Shown here: positions 20,266-28,301 of the stretch, in pieces
Layout: each line of letters begins with the position of its first letter
How positions within the stretch are numbered: the stretch's first letter is position 1
Origin: Leptospira sp.
Lineage (GTDB): Bacteria; Spirochaetota; Leptospiria; Leptospirales; Leptospiraceae
DNA length: 64,000 nucleotides
Direction of reading: 5' to 3'
Assembly (NCBI GenBank): GCA_034439575.1
Contig: JAWXAQ010000027.1
Span: forward strand, 192,001-256,000
Made by a program: the position numbers and the translations under genes
The notes under the pieces: model-generated
Seen by the model: only the letters and a program-made list of their open reading frames with translations
What the model was told of the DNA's origin: nothing
Databases searched by the model: none

Positions 20266-21762
20266 TTATACTTCTGGTCGCATCAATGGAAAGAGAATGG
20301 TATCTCTTATTGAATGAGAATCCGTAAGTAACATCACCAAACGATCGATTCCGATGCCAAGTCCACCTGTTGGTGGAAGACCATATTCTAATGCACGAAT
20401 ATAGTCTTCATCCATCATAAAGGCTTCATCGTCCCCAGCTTCCCTTTGTTTTACTTGTTCTTCAAATCTTTCTTTTTGATCAAATGGATCATTTAATTCA
20501 GTGAAGGCATTGCCAATTTCTCTACCAGCCACATAAGGTTCAAAGCGTTCCACATAACGAGGGTCATCTTCCCTTGATTTTGCCAATGGTGATAATTCTT
20601 TTGGAAAATCAGTAATGAATATCGGCTGAATTAAAAATGGTTCGACGAGTTTGCTGAACACTTCATCACAAACTTTCCAAATAGATACGCATTCATCGGC
20701 ATCCACTTTTACTGCCTTAGCCTTTGACTTAGCTTCTTCTAAAGTTTGGATCAAACTAAAATCGATGCCTGAATATTCTTTGATGATATTAACATACTTG
20801 ATACGTTTCCATGGGGCGGAGATATCGATCATTTCTTTGCCATAGGCAAATTTTGTCCCTTTACCAATAGCCTCTGCCACAGTTATTATCATTCGCTCTG
20901 TTAGGCTGAGCATGCTTTCCATATCACCAAACGCCATATAAGCTTCCATCATGGTAAATTCAGGGTTGTGTTTTGTGGAAATTCCTTCATTACGAAAGTT
21001 TCTATTGAGCTCAAAAACACGATCCATTCCACCGACGATGAGCCTCTTTAAATAAAGTTCTGGTGCAATTCGTAAAAATAAATTCAAATCTAAAGTATTA
21101 TGATGTGTGACAAAAGGTCTTGCCGCAGCACCCCCTGCAATTGGTTGCATCATTGGGGTTTCTACTTCCAAAAATCCTTCGTTAGTCAAAAATTTTCGTA
21201 TTTCAGATACTATGCGTGAACGCATTTTAAATGTTTCACGGACTTGGTCATTCACAACTAAGTCCACATAACGCATACGATACCTTTGTTCTACGTCAGA
21301 AAAAGCATCAAAAATAACACCATCTTTTTCTTTTACGACTGGTAATGGTCTGACACATTTTGCAAGCAATGTGACAGATGTTAAGTGTAATGTGGTCTCG
21401 CCTTTTTGTGTTTGAAAAAGCCATCCCTCTATACCAATCCAATCTCCTAAATCGAGTGATTTGAATAGGGAATAATTTTCTTCCCCGAGATCATCTCTTG
21501 TTGCATAGAGTTGAATCAATCCGTCTCTGTCTTTTAGGTGAGCAAAACTAGCTTTACCCATAACACGTTTGCCATGTAATCTGCCACCTAACTTAAAACT
21601 GACTTTTTCTGTCTTTGTGGCATCAAAATTTTTTATTAAGTCTAAAGAATACGCGTTTGGAAAAAATCGAAGAGGGTAGGGATTTATTCCCTTAGCCTTA
21701 CAATCTTTTATTTTTTGGATCCTTTGTTGGATTAATTCATTTGTGTCTTTTACTTCATCCAT
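20266..21762 (-). CDS. lysS: lysine--tRNA ligase (class II)
   Basis: OB-fold N-terminus, [48 protein letters not shown]. Confidence 0.97.
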   Translation of the reverse strand: MDEVKDTNELIQQRIQKIKDCKAKGINPYPLRFFPNAYSLDLIKNFDATKTEKVSFKLGGRLHGKRVMGKASFAHLKDRDGLIQLYATRDDLGEENYSLFKSLDLGDWIGIEGWLFQTQKGETTLHLTSVTLLAKCVRPLPVVKEKDGVIFDAFSDVEQRYRMRYVDLVVNDQVRETFKMRSRIVSEIRKFLTNEGFLEVETPMMQPIAGGAAARPFVTHHNTLDLNLFLRIAPELYLKRLIVGGMDRVFELNRNFRNEGISTKHNPEFTMMEAYMAFGDMESMLSLTERMIITVAEAIGKGTKFAYGKEMIDISAPWKRIKYVNIIKEYSGIDFSLIQTLEEAKSKAKAVKVDADECVSIWKVCDEVFSKLVEPFLIQPIFITDFPKELSPLAKSREDDPRYVERFEPYVAGREIGNAFTELNDPFDQKERFEEQVKQREAGDDEAFMMDEDYIRALEYGLPPTGGLGIGIDRLVMLLTDSHSIRDTILFPLMRPEV

Positions 21763-22397
21763 TAGATGATACCTCTAAACATATAATATAAATACTTAAT
21801 ACCTTCAAAACATACATCTTTCAGGCCTTCTTCAGATAAAAACCAATTGGAAGCCGAAAAATCCGAAGGAAATGGAAACATCGAAATTTGAACTGGCAAA
21901 GATGCCAGATTCTTTTGGTAGACTCGTAAAATACGTTTTGATTCAAATTCTTTTGTTAATACAAGCACTGATTTGATATTTTCTGAAACTGCTATTTTCA
22001 AAAGTCCTTTGGCCGCTTCGTCCGAATCCACATTTTTAGAAAGTGGCAAACGAACAATTTGAATCTTGTCTGCATCTATTTTTGTTGAAACTAAATAACT
22101 GATTAATTTTTCTTCTTTTTCGTTAACACTTATTAAACTAAAGTCCACTTTGTCTTCACGTAAGAAAATTATTAGTTTAGAAAATGTTTTCTTTTGATAG
22201 AGATTTCCGACTGCATTTAAGAATTTTTTGGAAGGCAATGAATTTGCTTCCAATACAGCTAACTCTGATTTATGAAATGGCTCCGATACTTTCAAAAAAT
22301 ATGGTGAGGCAAAAAGTAATCCCAAGCCTATAAAAATTGGGCTCAAAAAACCAAATGTGATTAATTTTAAACGAAAGTACAAATCGGATACTTGCAT
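21762..22397 (-). CDS. membrane-anchored protein with a degenerate YdcF/DUF218-like domain
   Basis: N-terminal TM helix; [15 protein letters not shown] resembles the DUF218 VTSxxHxxR segment; C-terminal EGIKYLYY. Confidence 0.5.
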   Translation of the reverse strand: MQVSDLYFRLKLITFGFLSPIFIGLGLLFASPYFLKVSEPFHKSELAVLEANSLPSKKFLNAVGNLYQKKTFSKLIIFLREDKVDFSLISVNEKEEKLISYLVSTKIDADKIQIVRLPLSKNVDSDEAAKGLLKIAVSENIKSVLVLTKEFESKRILRVYQKNLASLPVQISMFPFPSDFSASNWFLSEEGLKDVCFEGIKYLYYMFRGII

Positions 22398-22459
22398 AAG
22401 GACTCTACCTCTACCTTAACCTTGTAGGTAAGGCCTGTGACAAGAGAAAATTGAACTCC

Positions 22460-22487
22460 TTGACGAAAGAGGGCTTTTTCTTAGCCT
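22460..22487 (+). promoter_or_regulatory. putative sigma70 promoter for tRNA-Leu
   Basis: TTGACG-16 nt-TAGCCT about 25 nt upstream of the tRNA; same layout precedes tRNA-Asp. Confidence 0.45.
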
Positions 22488-22512
22488 GACCAATATAAGA
22501 TCCATACTCATC

Positions 22513-22594
22513 GCTCGGATGGTGGAATTGGTAGACACGCTACTTTGAGGTGGTAGTGCCGCAAGGTGTGGGGGTTCGAGTCCCCCTTCGAGCA
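22513..22594 (+). tRNA. tRNA-Leu(GAG)
   Basis: cloverleaf: acceptor GCTCGGA/TTCGAGC, anticodon arm CTACT-TTGAGGT-GGTAG, long variable arm, GGGGG-TTCGAGT-CCCCC; CCA not encoded. Confidence 0.95.
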
Positions 22595-22814
22595 AACACC
22601 GGTTCAACGAAATAATTTTAAATACTAATAAAAAATGAACTCGAACAGTGGCGCGAGTTTTAAAATTGCGACCCATAGGGAGTAAATTTTAAAACAAGGA
22701 AGCCAAGGATGGCTTCCGTCGAGTGCCGCCGTGCCTCGGAGCGTTTCATCACAGGAAGTGATGAAAGCAGAGAGGTCAGAGTCCAGTATTTCTTAGCAAA
22801 CACCGGTTCAACGA
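22591..22814 (+). repeat. 20-bp exact direct repeat AGCAAACACCGGTTCAACGA (22591-22610 and 22795-22814) including the tRNA 3' end
   Basis: both copies read directly from the sequence, 204-bp period. Confidence 0.9.
22620..22791 (+). ncRNA. candidate structured non-coding RNA or miniature element with GGA-loop hairpins
   Basis: nested stems GTTTTAAAATT/AATTTTAAAAC, GGAAGCCA-AGGA-TGGCTTCC, TTTCATCAC-AGGAA-GTGATGAAA, closed by AAATACT/AGTATTT. Confidence 0.55.
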
Positions 22815-23084
22815 TAGTTCGTAAAATTTAACTTTCTTAAAAATAGAAAACTAACTTTTTCTTTCATAGTTTTGCATAAACGTGTTATATATGGATTTAT
22901 GATTTATATGTGTCTACAGCTTAAATTAGGATGTAAATCGAAAGGAAAGTTTTTATAAAACCAATCAAGAGTTTAGGTACGATCTAATGGAGAATTATGT
23001 ATGAACTAATCGTTTCGATTCGCACATATTCTCTACTATTGTTAAAGAAATATATAGAATATCATAATAGAAACTTTGATATTG

Positions 23085-23597
23085 CTAAATGGACGACCCC
23101 CCATTTCCTTGAATATTTTCTAAATTTCGCATAAGTTTGGTTAATAGATCATTGAGAGTTTTTATTTCGTTTTCATTAAAACTTGACAAACACCTATTTT
23201 CATTTTCTGTATGCACCTTTACTGCATCTTCAATCAATGAAAATCCTTTTTTCGTGAGTATTACATTGACAACTCTTCTATCTTTCTCATCTGGTTTTCG
23301 TTCGATCAGCCCCTTTTTCTCCAATCGATCCAAACGATTTGTCATTGCCCCTGAAGATAATAACATTCCTTGCCATAACTGAGTTGGATTCAATTCATAG
23401 GGAGTGCCAGAGCGTCGAAGAGAAGCTAGTACATCAAATTCTCCCAATTTCAAATCAAAGGGTTCTAGAGCCTTTTCGACAATATTTAAAGTTCGAAGTG
23501 CTACTTGGCCAATGCGCCCAAAGACTTCCATTCCTGAAAGAGAAAGATCCGGAATTTCATTCTTCCATTGCTTTAAAATTTTATCAATTGCATCCAT
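23085..23597 (-). CDS. MarR-family regulator, PecS/UrtR-like
   Basis: N-terminal helix QWKNEIPDL, EFDVLASLRRSG, SGAMTNRLDRLE, DRR wing motif. Confidence 0.88.
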   Translation of the reverse strand: MDAIDKILKQWKNEIPDLSLSGMEVFGRIGQVALRTLNIVEKALEPFDLKLGEFDVLASLRRSGTPYELNPTQLWQGMLLSSGAMTNRLDRLEKKGLIERKPDEKDRRVVNVILTKKGFSLIEDAVKVHTENENRCLSSFNENEIKTLNDLLTKLMRNLENIQGNGGSSI

Positions 23598-23602
23598 TGT
23601 TT

Positions 23603-23663
23603 TATCTTCATATTAATTATCTTGACGTCAAAACAAATAGAAAAATATCTTGATGTTAAGATT
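23603..23663. promoter_or_regulatory. tandem palindromic operator boxes between marR and the divergent hydrolase gene
   Basis: TATCTTGACGTCAAAACA (23618-23635), TATCTTGATGTTAAGATT (23646-23663) and a weaker TATCTTCATATTAATTAT (23603-23620). Confidence 0.7.
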
Positions 23664-23679
23664 CTTAATGGAGAGATAA

Positions 23680-24639
23680 ATGAATTTTAACAGAATTTTT
23701 TCAATTTTCCCGATCATTTTAGCTGGATTGAGTTCTTATGCTTGTTTTTCCAGAACTGCTATTCCGTACAAACAGGAAATTTTACCAATATCCTTGGAAA
23801 AACCGAAAAATGGGCTTCGTATGGAGGTTTTTTTAACCGGGAGAATGTTCGTTGATGCTTGGGCCGCTTATATCGGTGGCAAAGGCAAACTATTAATGGA
23901 CCAACCTGCCTATTTAATCACTCATCCTACTTATGGTCAAATCGCGTTTGAGGCCGGTCATCATTCGGAGATTGCGACTTCTCCTTCCGAACATTTGGGT
24001 TGGATTTATAAATTTGGACTAATGCCAATGGAACAAGACATTGGACAAGATTTCAGACAACAATTAATCAATAAAGGCAAAGATCCAAATCAGATAAAAG
24101 ACATCATCATATCTCATTTTCACCCCGAGCATGTGGGGGCAGTTGAAGAATTTCCAAAGGCGAGAATTGTAGCCGACAAGAAAGAAATCGAACATGGAAA
24201 GAAAGCACCTAACTATAACTATGTGCCTTCGGAATATGATCAAGTTCCAAATTGGTATCCGATTCAATTTTCCGGGTCACAACAATTCGCACCGTTTGAA
24301 GGTGTTTATGATTTGGTAGGAGACGGATCCATTTTGGTATTATCAACTCCAGGGCATACACCTGGTCACATTTCTTTGTTAGTTAATTTAGAATCAGGTC
24401 CCATTTTGTTAACAGGCGATATGGCATGGACAGAATTCAATTTACAAACTGCTTCGATTGGACTTCCTTTTATTTCTTCGGATGGAGAGAAGGCAAGGGT
24501 TTCACTTGGTAAGCTTTTAAAGTTCCAAAAAGTGAACCCAGATGTTTTAATTGTTCCTGGGCATGATTTAAATCCATTACGTCGTATAGATCGTAAAGGT
24601 GTAATTCTTCATCCTTGGACTTCTCAAATTGTGAGATAA
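23680..24639 (+). CDS. MBL-fold metallohydrolase (AHL-lactonase-like), probably exported or a lipoprotein
   Basis: SHFHPEH, TPGHTPGH, LTGD, VPGHD; hydrophobic N-terminus ending SYAC; GGAGA RBS. Confidence 0.85.
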   Translation: MNFNRIFSIFPIILAGLSSYACFSRTAIPYKQEILPISLEKPKNGLRMEVFLTGRMFVDAWAAYIGGKGKLLMDQPAYLITHPTYGQIAFEAGHHSEIATSPSEHLGWIYKFGLMPMEQDIGQDFRQQLINKGKDPNQIKDIIISHFHPEHVGAVEEFPKARIVADKKEIEHGKKAPNYNYVPSEYDQVPNWYPIQFSGSQQFAPFEGVYDLVGDGSILVLSTPGHTPGHISLLVNLESGPILLTGDMAWTEFNLQTASIGLPFISSDGEKARVSLGKLLKFQKVNPDVLIVPGHDLNPLRRIDRKGVILHPWTSQIVR

Positions 24640-24647
24640 TGAAATAC

Positions 24648-24691
24648 TAACAAACATTTGTTTTATTTAAAATATAAGACAATGTTTGTTA
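24648..24691. terminator. AT-rich inverted repeat downstream of the hydrolase gene
   Basis: TAACAAACATT...AATGTTTGTTA arms with additional inner pairing, between convergent genes. Confidence 0.45.
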
Positions 24692-24792
24692 ACCGCTATG
24701 CGAAAAAGGACAATGTCCAAACTAAGTATACTAAAGGAAATTTTCAATTTGGCAAAGTTAATGCTAACTTATTGACCATAGAATCGGTCGTT

Positions 24793-25983
24793 TCACTTTA
24801 CTAGCCCCTTTACATCTTTTAAAATCATCATCAAACGAAACATCATTTCAAAACTTTTATCTATATCAGTTGTGCTACCAAAATTAGCGATGATATGGGC
24901 ATCATATTCTGGCGAATAAAACATTAAGGTGGACAAAAGTCCAGAGTGACCATATAATTCTGGAGTGCCAGCCATCAAAAATAACATATCGCCGTATTTA
25001 ACGGTCATTAGGCCATAACCATAATAAATCCCATCGTGGAATTCATTTTTTCCTTTCATCTTTTGATAAATTTCAGGTCTTACTAATTTCCCACTAACTA
25101 GAGCTTTGTGGAATTTGAGTAAATCTTCTGTGGTGGAAATCAAGCCACCGCCGGCCCAGTCAGCACTCACACTTTTAAACTCGGTCACATTTGTATTTTC
25201 TAAAAACATTTGCGAAAGGGGGAGTTTTTTCGGATTTTTAGGCTCACTACGAAGATACATATAAGTGTCGTCCATTCCAAGCGGATTAAAAATTTTGTCT
25301 GAAAAGAGTGCTTCCAAATTTTTCCCAAAATGTTTTTCTAAAAGGATGCCAAGTAGTACATAACCCGTATCAGAATAATGAAATGCATCTCCAGGCTTAG
25401 ACAATGCTTTTTGATTTTTTCTAGTGAATTCAATTAATTCGAGTGGAGTCCAAAAATGGTCAGGATTTTTTGTGATTTCATGTATGACGGAAGTATTTGT
25501 TTCTCCTTCTGTTGATTCAAAATAGTCTGCGATCCCAGAAGTATGACTTAACAGTTGTCCTATGGTAACCTTATCCTTATAATCGATACCTTCAAAAACA
25601 AATAAACCATCTAGAATTTCATAACCTAAAACCTTAGAAATTGGAGTTTCTAATGTTAATTTTCCCTTTTCAATTTCTTGAAAGACCAAAACACTTACGA
25701 TAATTTTGCCAATACTTGCAATGTGAAAAGGTTGGTCTGGACTTGTGGGAATCTCTTTTCCTTCTTCCAAAACATGTCCGTAACTTTCTTTCCAATGAAG
25801 CTTCATAACATCCGAATGAACAAGTAAGCTTGCGGATTTGATTACTTTTGAATCCTTTGCTGTTTCTAGGAATCTGTTTTGTGTTTGAGTTTTAGCTTCT
25901 TCTATTGATTTGATTTGGCAGTTGAATAAAAGAAAAGGTGTTAGTAGAAAAAATAAAAATTTTGTGAATTTGGGAATGGTCAT
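24793..25983 (-). CDS. serine hydrolase, beta-lactamase/D-Ala-D-Ala peptidase family, lipoprotein
   Basis: ASIGK (SxxK), LLSHTSG, FHYSDTGY, YGHSG; LLFN-C lipobox; ATG 25983 preferred (ORF open from 26004). Confidence 0.88.
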   Translation of the reverse strand: MTIPKFTKFLFFLLTPFLLFNCQIKSIEEAKTQTQNRFLETAKDSKVIKSASLLVHSDVMKLHWKESYGHVLEEGKEIPTSPDQPFHIASIGKIIVSVLVFQEIEKGKLTLETPISKVLGYEILDGLFVFEGIDYKDKVTIGQLLSHTSGIADYFESTEGETNTSVIHEITKNPDHFWTPLELIEFTRKNQKALSKPGDAFHYSDTGYVLLGILLEKHFGKNLEALFSDKIFNPLGMDDTYMYLRSEPKNPKKLPLSQMFLENTNVTEFKSVSADWAGGGLISTTEDLLKFHKALVSGKLVRPEIYQKMKGKNEFHDGIYYGYGLMTVKYGDMLFLMAGTPELYGHSGLLSTLMFYSPEYDAHIIANFGSTTDIDKSFEMMFRLMMILKDVKGLVK

Positions 25984-26014
25984 ATAACACCTAGCGCAAA
26001 TCATATTTTTGAAA

Positions 26015-26692
26015 TTAAAGCTGTTTGAATATTTTGGCTTGTTTTTTGTTTTCGGGATCGATCACTGTTTTTTCTGGATGAAAGACTATATTCCAGTATC
26101 TAATGATATAAACCACCATCCCTATTAAAACGACTAGTAACAATATATAGGCGGAAATTTCGGGCTTTAATAACAAAGAATTTTTATCTATTTCACCGAG
26201 TAGTAAATTTGGCAAAAGCATATACCATAATACAGATATGGCGACGATTCCCACTCCGAATTTCCCCCACCAATTAGGCCTACCTTGCAGTCCACGTTTA
26301 AGATACAAAAATCCACCAAGCCAAACCCCGAGAATTTCCCGAATCGTATAAACAACCAATACCCATATTGGAAATCCAAAATGATAACAAGCTACACCAA
26401 GTCCACCTAAGGTCACAAATTTATCGCAAACTGGGTCAAGGTAACGTCCGAGATTACTTTCTTGGTGGAGTAGGCGAGCAAAAAGACCATCCAGAAAATC
26501 AGTGAGAACTGCCGCCAAACAAAGCGCTATCGAAGAATAAAAGAATGTTAAATTTTCAGGAGCCTTAGCATAGGCAGATGTGGTATAAAAAAAGAAAGGT
26601 AACATAAATACTCTCGAGACAGATATTAAATTCGAAAGAGTAAAGATGCGATCTTCAAAAATTTCTTTGGCTTTTTTCCCTTGGAGTGGCAT
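26015..26692 (-). CDS. CDP-alcohol phosphatidyltransferase (PgsA-like)
   Basis: TLSNLISVSR, TDFLDGLFAR...GRYLDPVCDK signature; multiple TM helices. Confidence 0.9.
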   Translation of the reverse strand: MPLQGKKAKEIFEDRIFTLSNLISVSRVFMLPFFFYTTSAYAKAPENLTFFYSSIALCLAAVLTDFLDGLFARLLHQESNLGRYLDPVCDKFVTLGGLGVACYHFGFPIWVLVVYTIREILGVWLGGFLYLKRGLQGRPNWWGKFGVGIVAISVLWYMLLPNLLLGEIDKNSLLLKPEISAYILLLVVLIGMVVYIIRYWNIVFHPEKTVIDPENKKQAKIFKQL

Positions 26693-26755
26693 AGGTCTAG
26701 CACTTCCAGTATTTTAAAAATGTTCAAGGTGGCAAGAAAACAAATGATTTTAAAT

Positions 26756-26783
26756 TTGACTCGGAAGCCTTCCAAATTAGTCT
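26756..26783 (+). promoter_or_regulatory. putative sigma70 promoter for tRNA-Asp
   Basis: TTGACT-16 nt-TAGTCT just upstream of the tRNA. Confidence 0.45.
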
Positions 26784-26797
26784 GACATACGAATCAC

Positions 26798-26874
<77 letters not shown>

Positions 26875-26878
26875 TGAT

Positions 26879-27898
26879 TCATTCCACATATTCCTCTTTA
26901 TCTTTCTTAAATAGTATCAGCTTTTCATCTTCTAATTCCCGAGCTACTTGAATGATTTTATTTCTAGCTTCGTTTATCTCACGTAATGTGACGCGAGGTT
27001 TTAAATCCAATGCATCTAAGATATCGGCTGACCTATTGGCTGACATATTCTTTAAAAACTTGGCCCTTAATTCATCACCCGCTCCACGAATGGCAAGAGA
27101 GATTGAAGTATCATCTGCCAATCGATTGATAAGCACACGCATTTCTTTCGCATCCAATTGCAATATATCTTCGAACGTATAAAGTTGTTCTCTGACTTGG
27201 CTTGCCACATCCGGCGATGCTTCGTCTAATTCTTGTAATATGGATTCTTCGATTCCTTTTTCCATAAAATTGAGAATATTTGCAAGGACATGTGCACCGC
27301 CAGCTTCGGAAAATTCTCTTTTGTCCCTTTCCTCGTACCTTTTTTTAAGAATACGAGCTATGTTTTGCATCACATCGGGGTGAGTTTTGGAAGTAGTCGC
27401 GAGTCGCATGGCAATTTTGGCCTGGTCAGCCTTTGGAAATACTTTCAAAACATCGGCGGCTTTTTTGGGATCCAGATTGGAAAGGGTTACGGCAATGATT
27501 TGCGGTGATTCCGCCGCGAGTATGGCTTGTAAAATTGTTGGTTCCACACCATTTAAAAATTCAAAATCGTTTTTTGTTTCTTCTTTGTTGATTTTCTTTA
27601 AGATTACGTTGGCTTTTTCGGCTCCGACGGATCGTTCTAACAGAGTTTTGGCGGTATCTAGGCCACCTTGGGCTCCGTCTTTCAATTCGCTAATCGTTGA
27701 ATGAAATTCTGATAGAACTTGGGCTCTTTCTTCTTTCGAAATGCTTCGGATTTTTGACATTTCTAGAATCACCGCTTCAAGCATGGTATCGTCCAAGTGT
27801 TTTAGGATTTCTGCCGCCTGGTCTTGACCGAGAGAAAGAAGTAAAAGGGCGGACTTTCGGACACCTGAGGGCGTAGATGCTTGGTTGAATTTCTGCAT
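26879..27898 (-). CDS. fliG: flagellar motor switch protein FliG (stand-alone paralogue)
   Basis: KSALLLLSLG, ESPQIIA (EHPQ-like), GG linker, LYTFEDI (MFxF-like), FLKNMS. Confidence 0.88.
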   Translation of the reverse strand: MQKFNQASTPSGVRKSALLLLSLGQDQAAEILKHLDDTMLEAVILEMSKIRSISKEERAQVLSEFHSTISELKDGAQGGLDTAKTLLERSVGAEKANVILKKINKEETKNDFEFLNGVEPTILQAILAAESPQIIAVTLSNLDPKKAADVLKVFPKADQAKIAMRLATTSKTHPDVMQNIARILKKRYEERDKREFSEAGGAHVLANILNFMEKGIEESILQELDEASPDVASQVREQLYTFEDILQLDAKEMRVLINRLADDTSISLAIRGAGDELRAKFLKNMSANRSADILDALDLKPRVTLREINEARNKIIQVARELEDEKLILFKKDKEEYVE

Positions 27899-28029
27899 GA
27901 GACATAATTCTTTCTTATCTCATGTTATGTCAAAAAAAACTTCACTAATGAGACAAAATTTTCTCAAGGAAACCTAAAGTCTGTACGATACCCTTTGTAA
28001 GTTTAAAAACAAAAATAGGGAAGCACCAG

Positions 28030-28239
28030 ATGGACAAAGCACACAAATTCAAAAATACATTAGAAAGATACATTCACTACAGAGGAATCGATATCGTTTT
28101 GCACTTAAAAGACGGAAAAGTCATCGAACTCGATAAAAATCGCCAAATGGAAAATGACATTGTCATTGGAAACCTTGCCAACGGCGTAGTCCGCATCCCG
28201 ATCGAAGATATTAGCAAAGCGGATTTTTTCGCCGCCTAA
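28030..28239 (+). CDS. small hypothetical protein (69 aa), possible Sm-like fold
   Basis: AGGGA RBS, isolated ORF divergent from fliG, followed by a hairpin. Confidence 0.7.
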   Translation: MDKAHKFKNTLERYIHYRGIDIVLHLKDGKVIELDKNRQMENDIVIGNLANGVVRIPIEDISKADFFAA

Positions 28240-28253
28240 TTATTGTTTTAAAA

Positions 28254-28293
28254 TCCTTTGCCATGACCGGAATCCCGTATCCTGGCGAAAGGA
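28254..28293. terminator. imperfect hairpin between convergent genes
   Basis: TCCTTTGCCA...TGGCGAAAGGA arms. Confidence 0.4.
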
Positions 28294-28301
28294 ACTTAGA
28301 T

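Noticed and set aside
20266-21762. class II LysRS as an anomaly for a spirochete
   Set aside because: Leptospira are known to use class II LysRS, unlike Borrelia and Treponema
22416-22676. 86-aa minus-strand ORF
   Set aside because: antisense shadow of tRNA-Leu (LEGGLEPP is the translated T-arm)
22591-22814. possible CRISPR mini-array or prophage att pair
   Set aside because: only two 20-bp repeats with a 184-bp structured spacer; no cas, integrase or phage genes in the window
24682-24804. 40-codon + strand ORF MFVNRYAKKD...
   Set aside because: start lies inside the terminator-like hairpin, no RBS, overlaps the end of the serine hydrolase gene, no recognisable motif
24793-25983. beta-lactam resistance gene
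   Set aside because: has SxxK but YSD and HSG rather than YxN and KTG; fits the broad esterase/peptidase group, so resistance cannot be claimed
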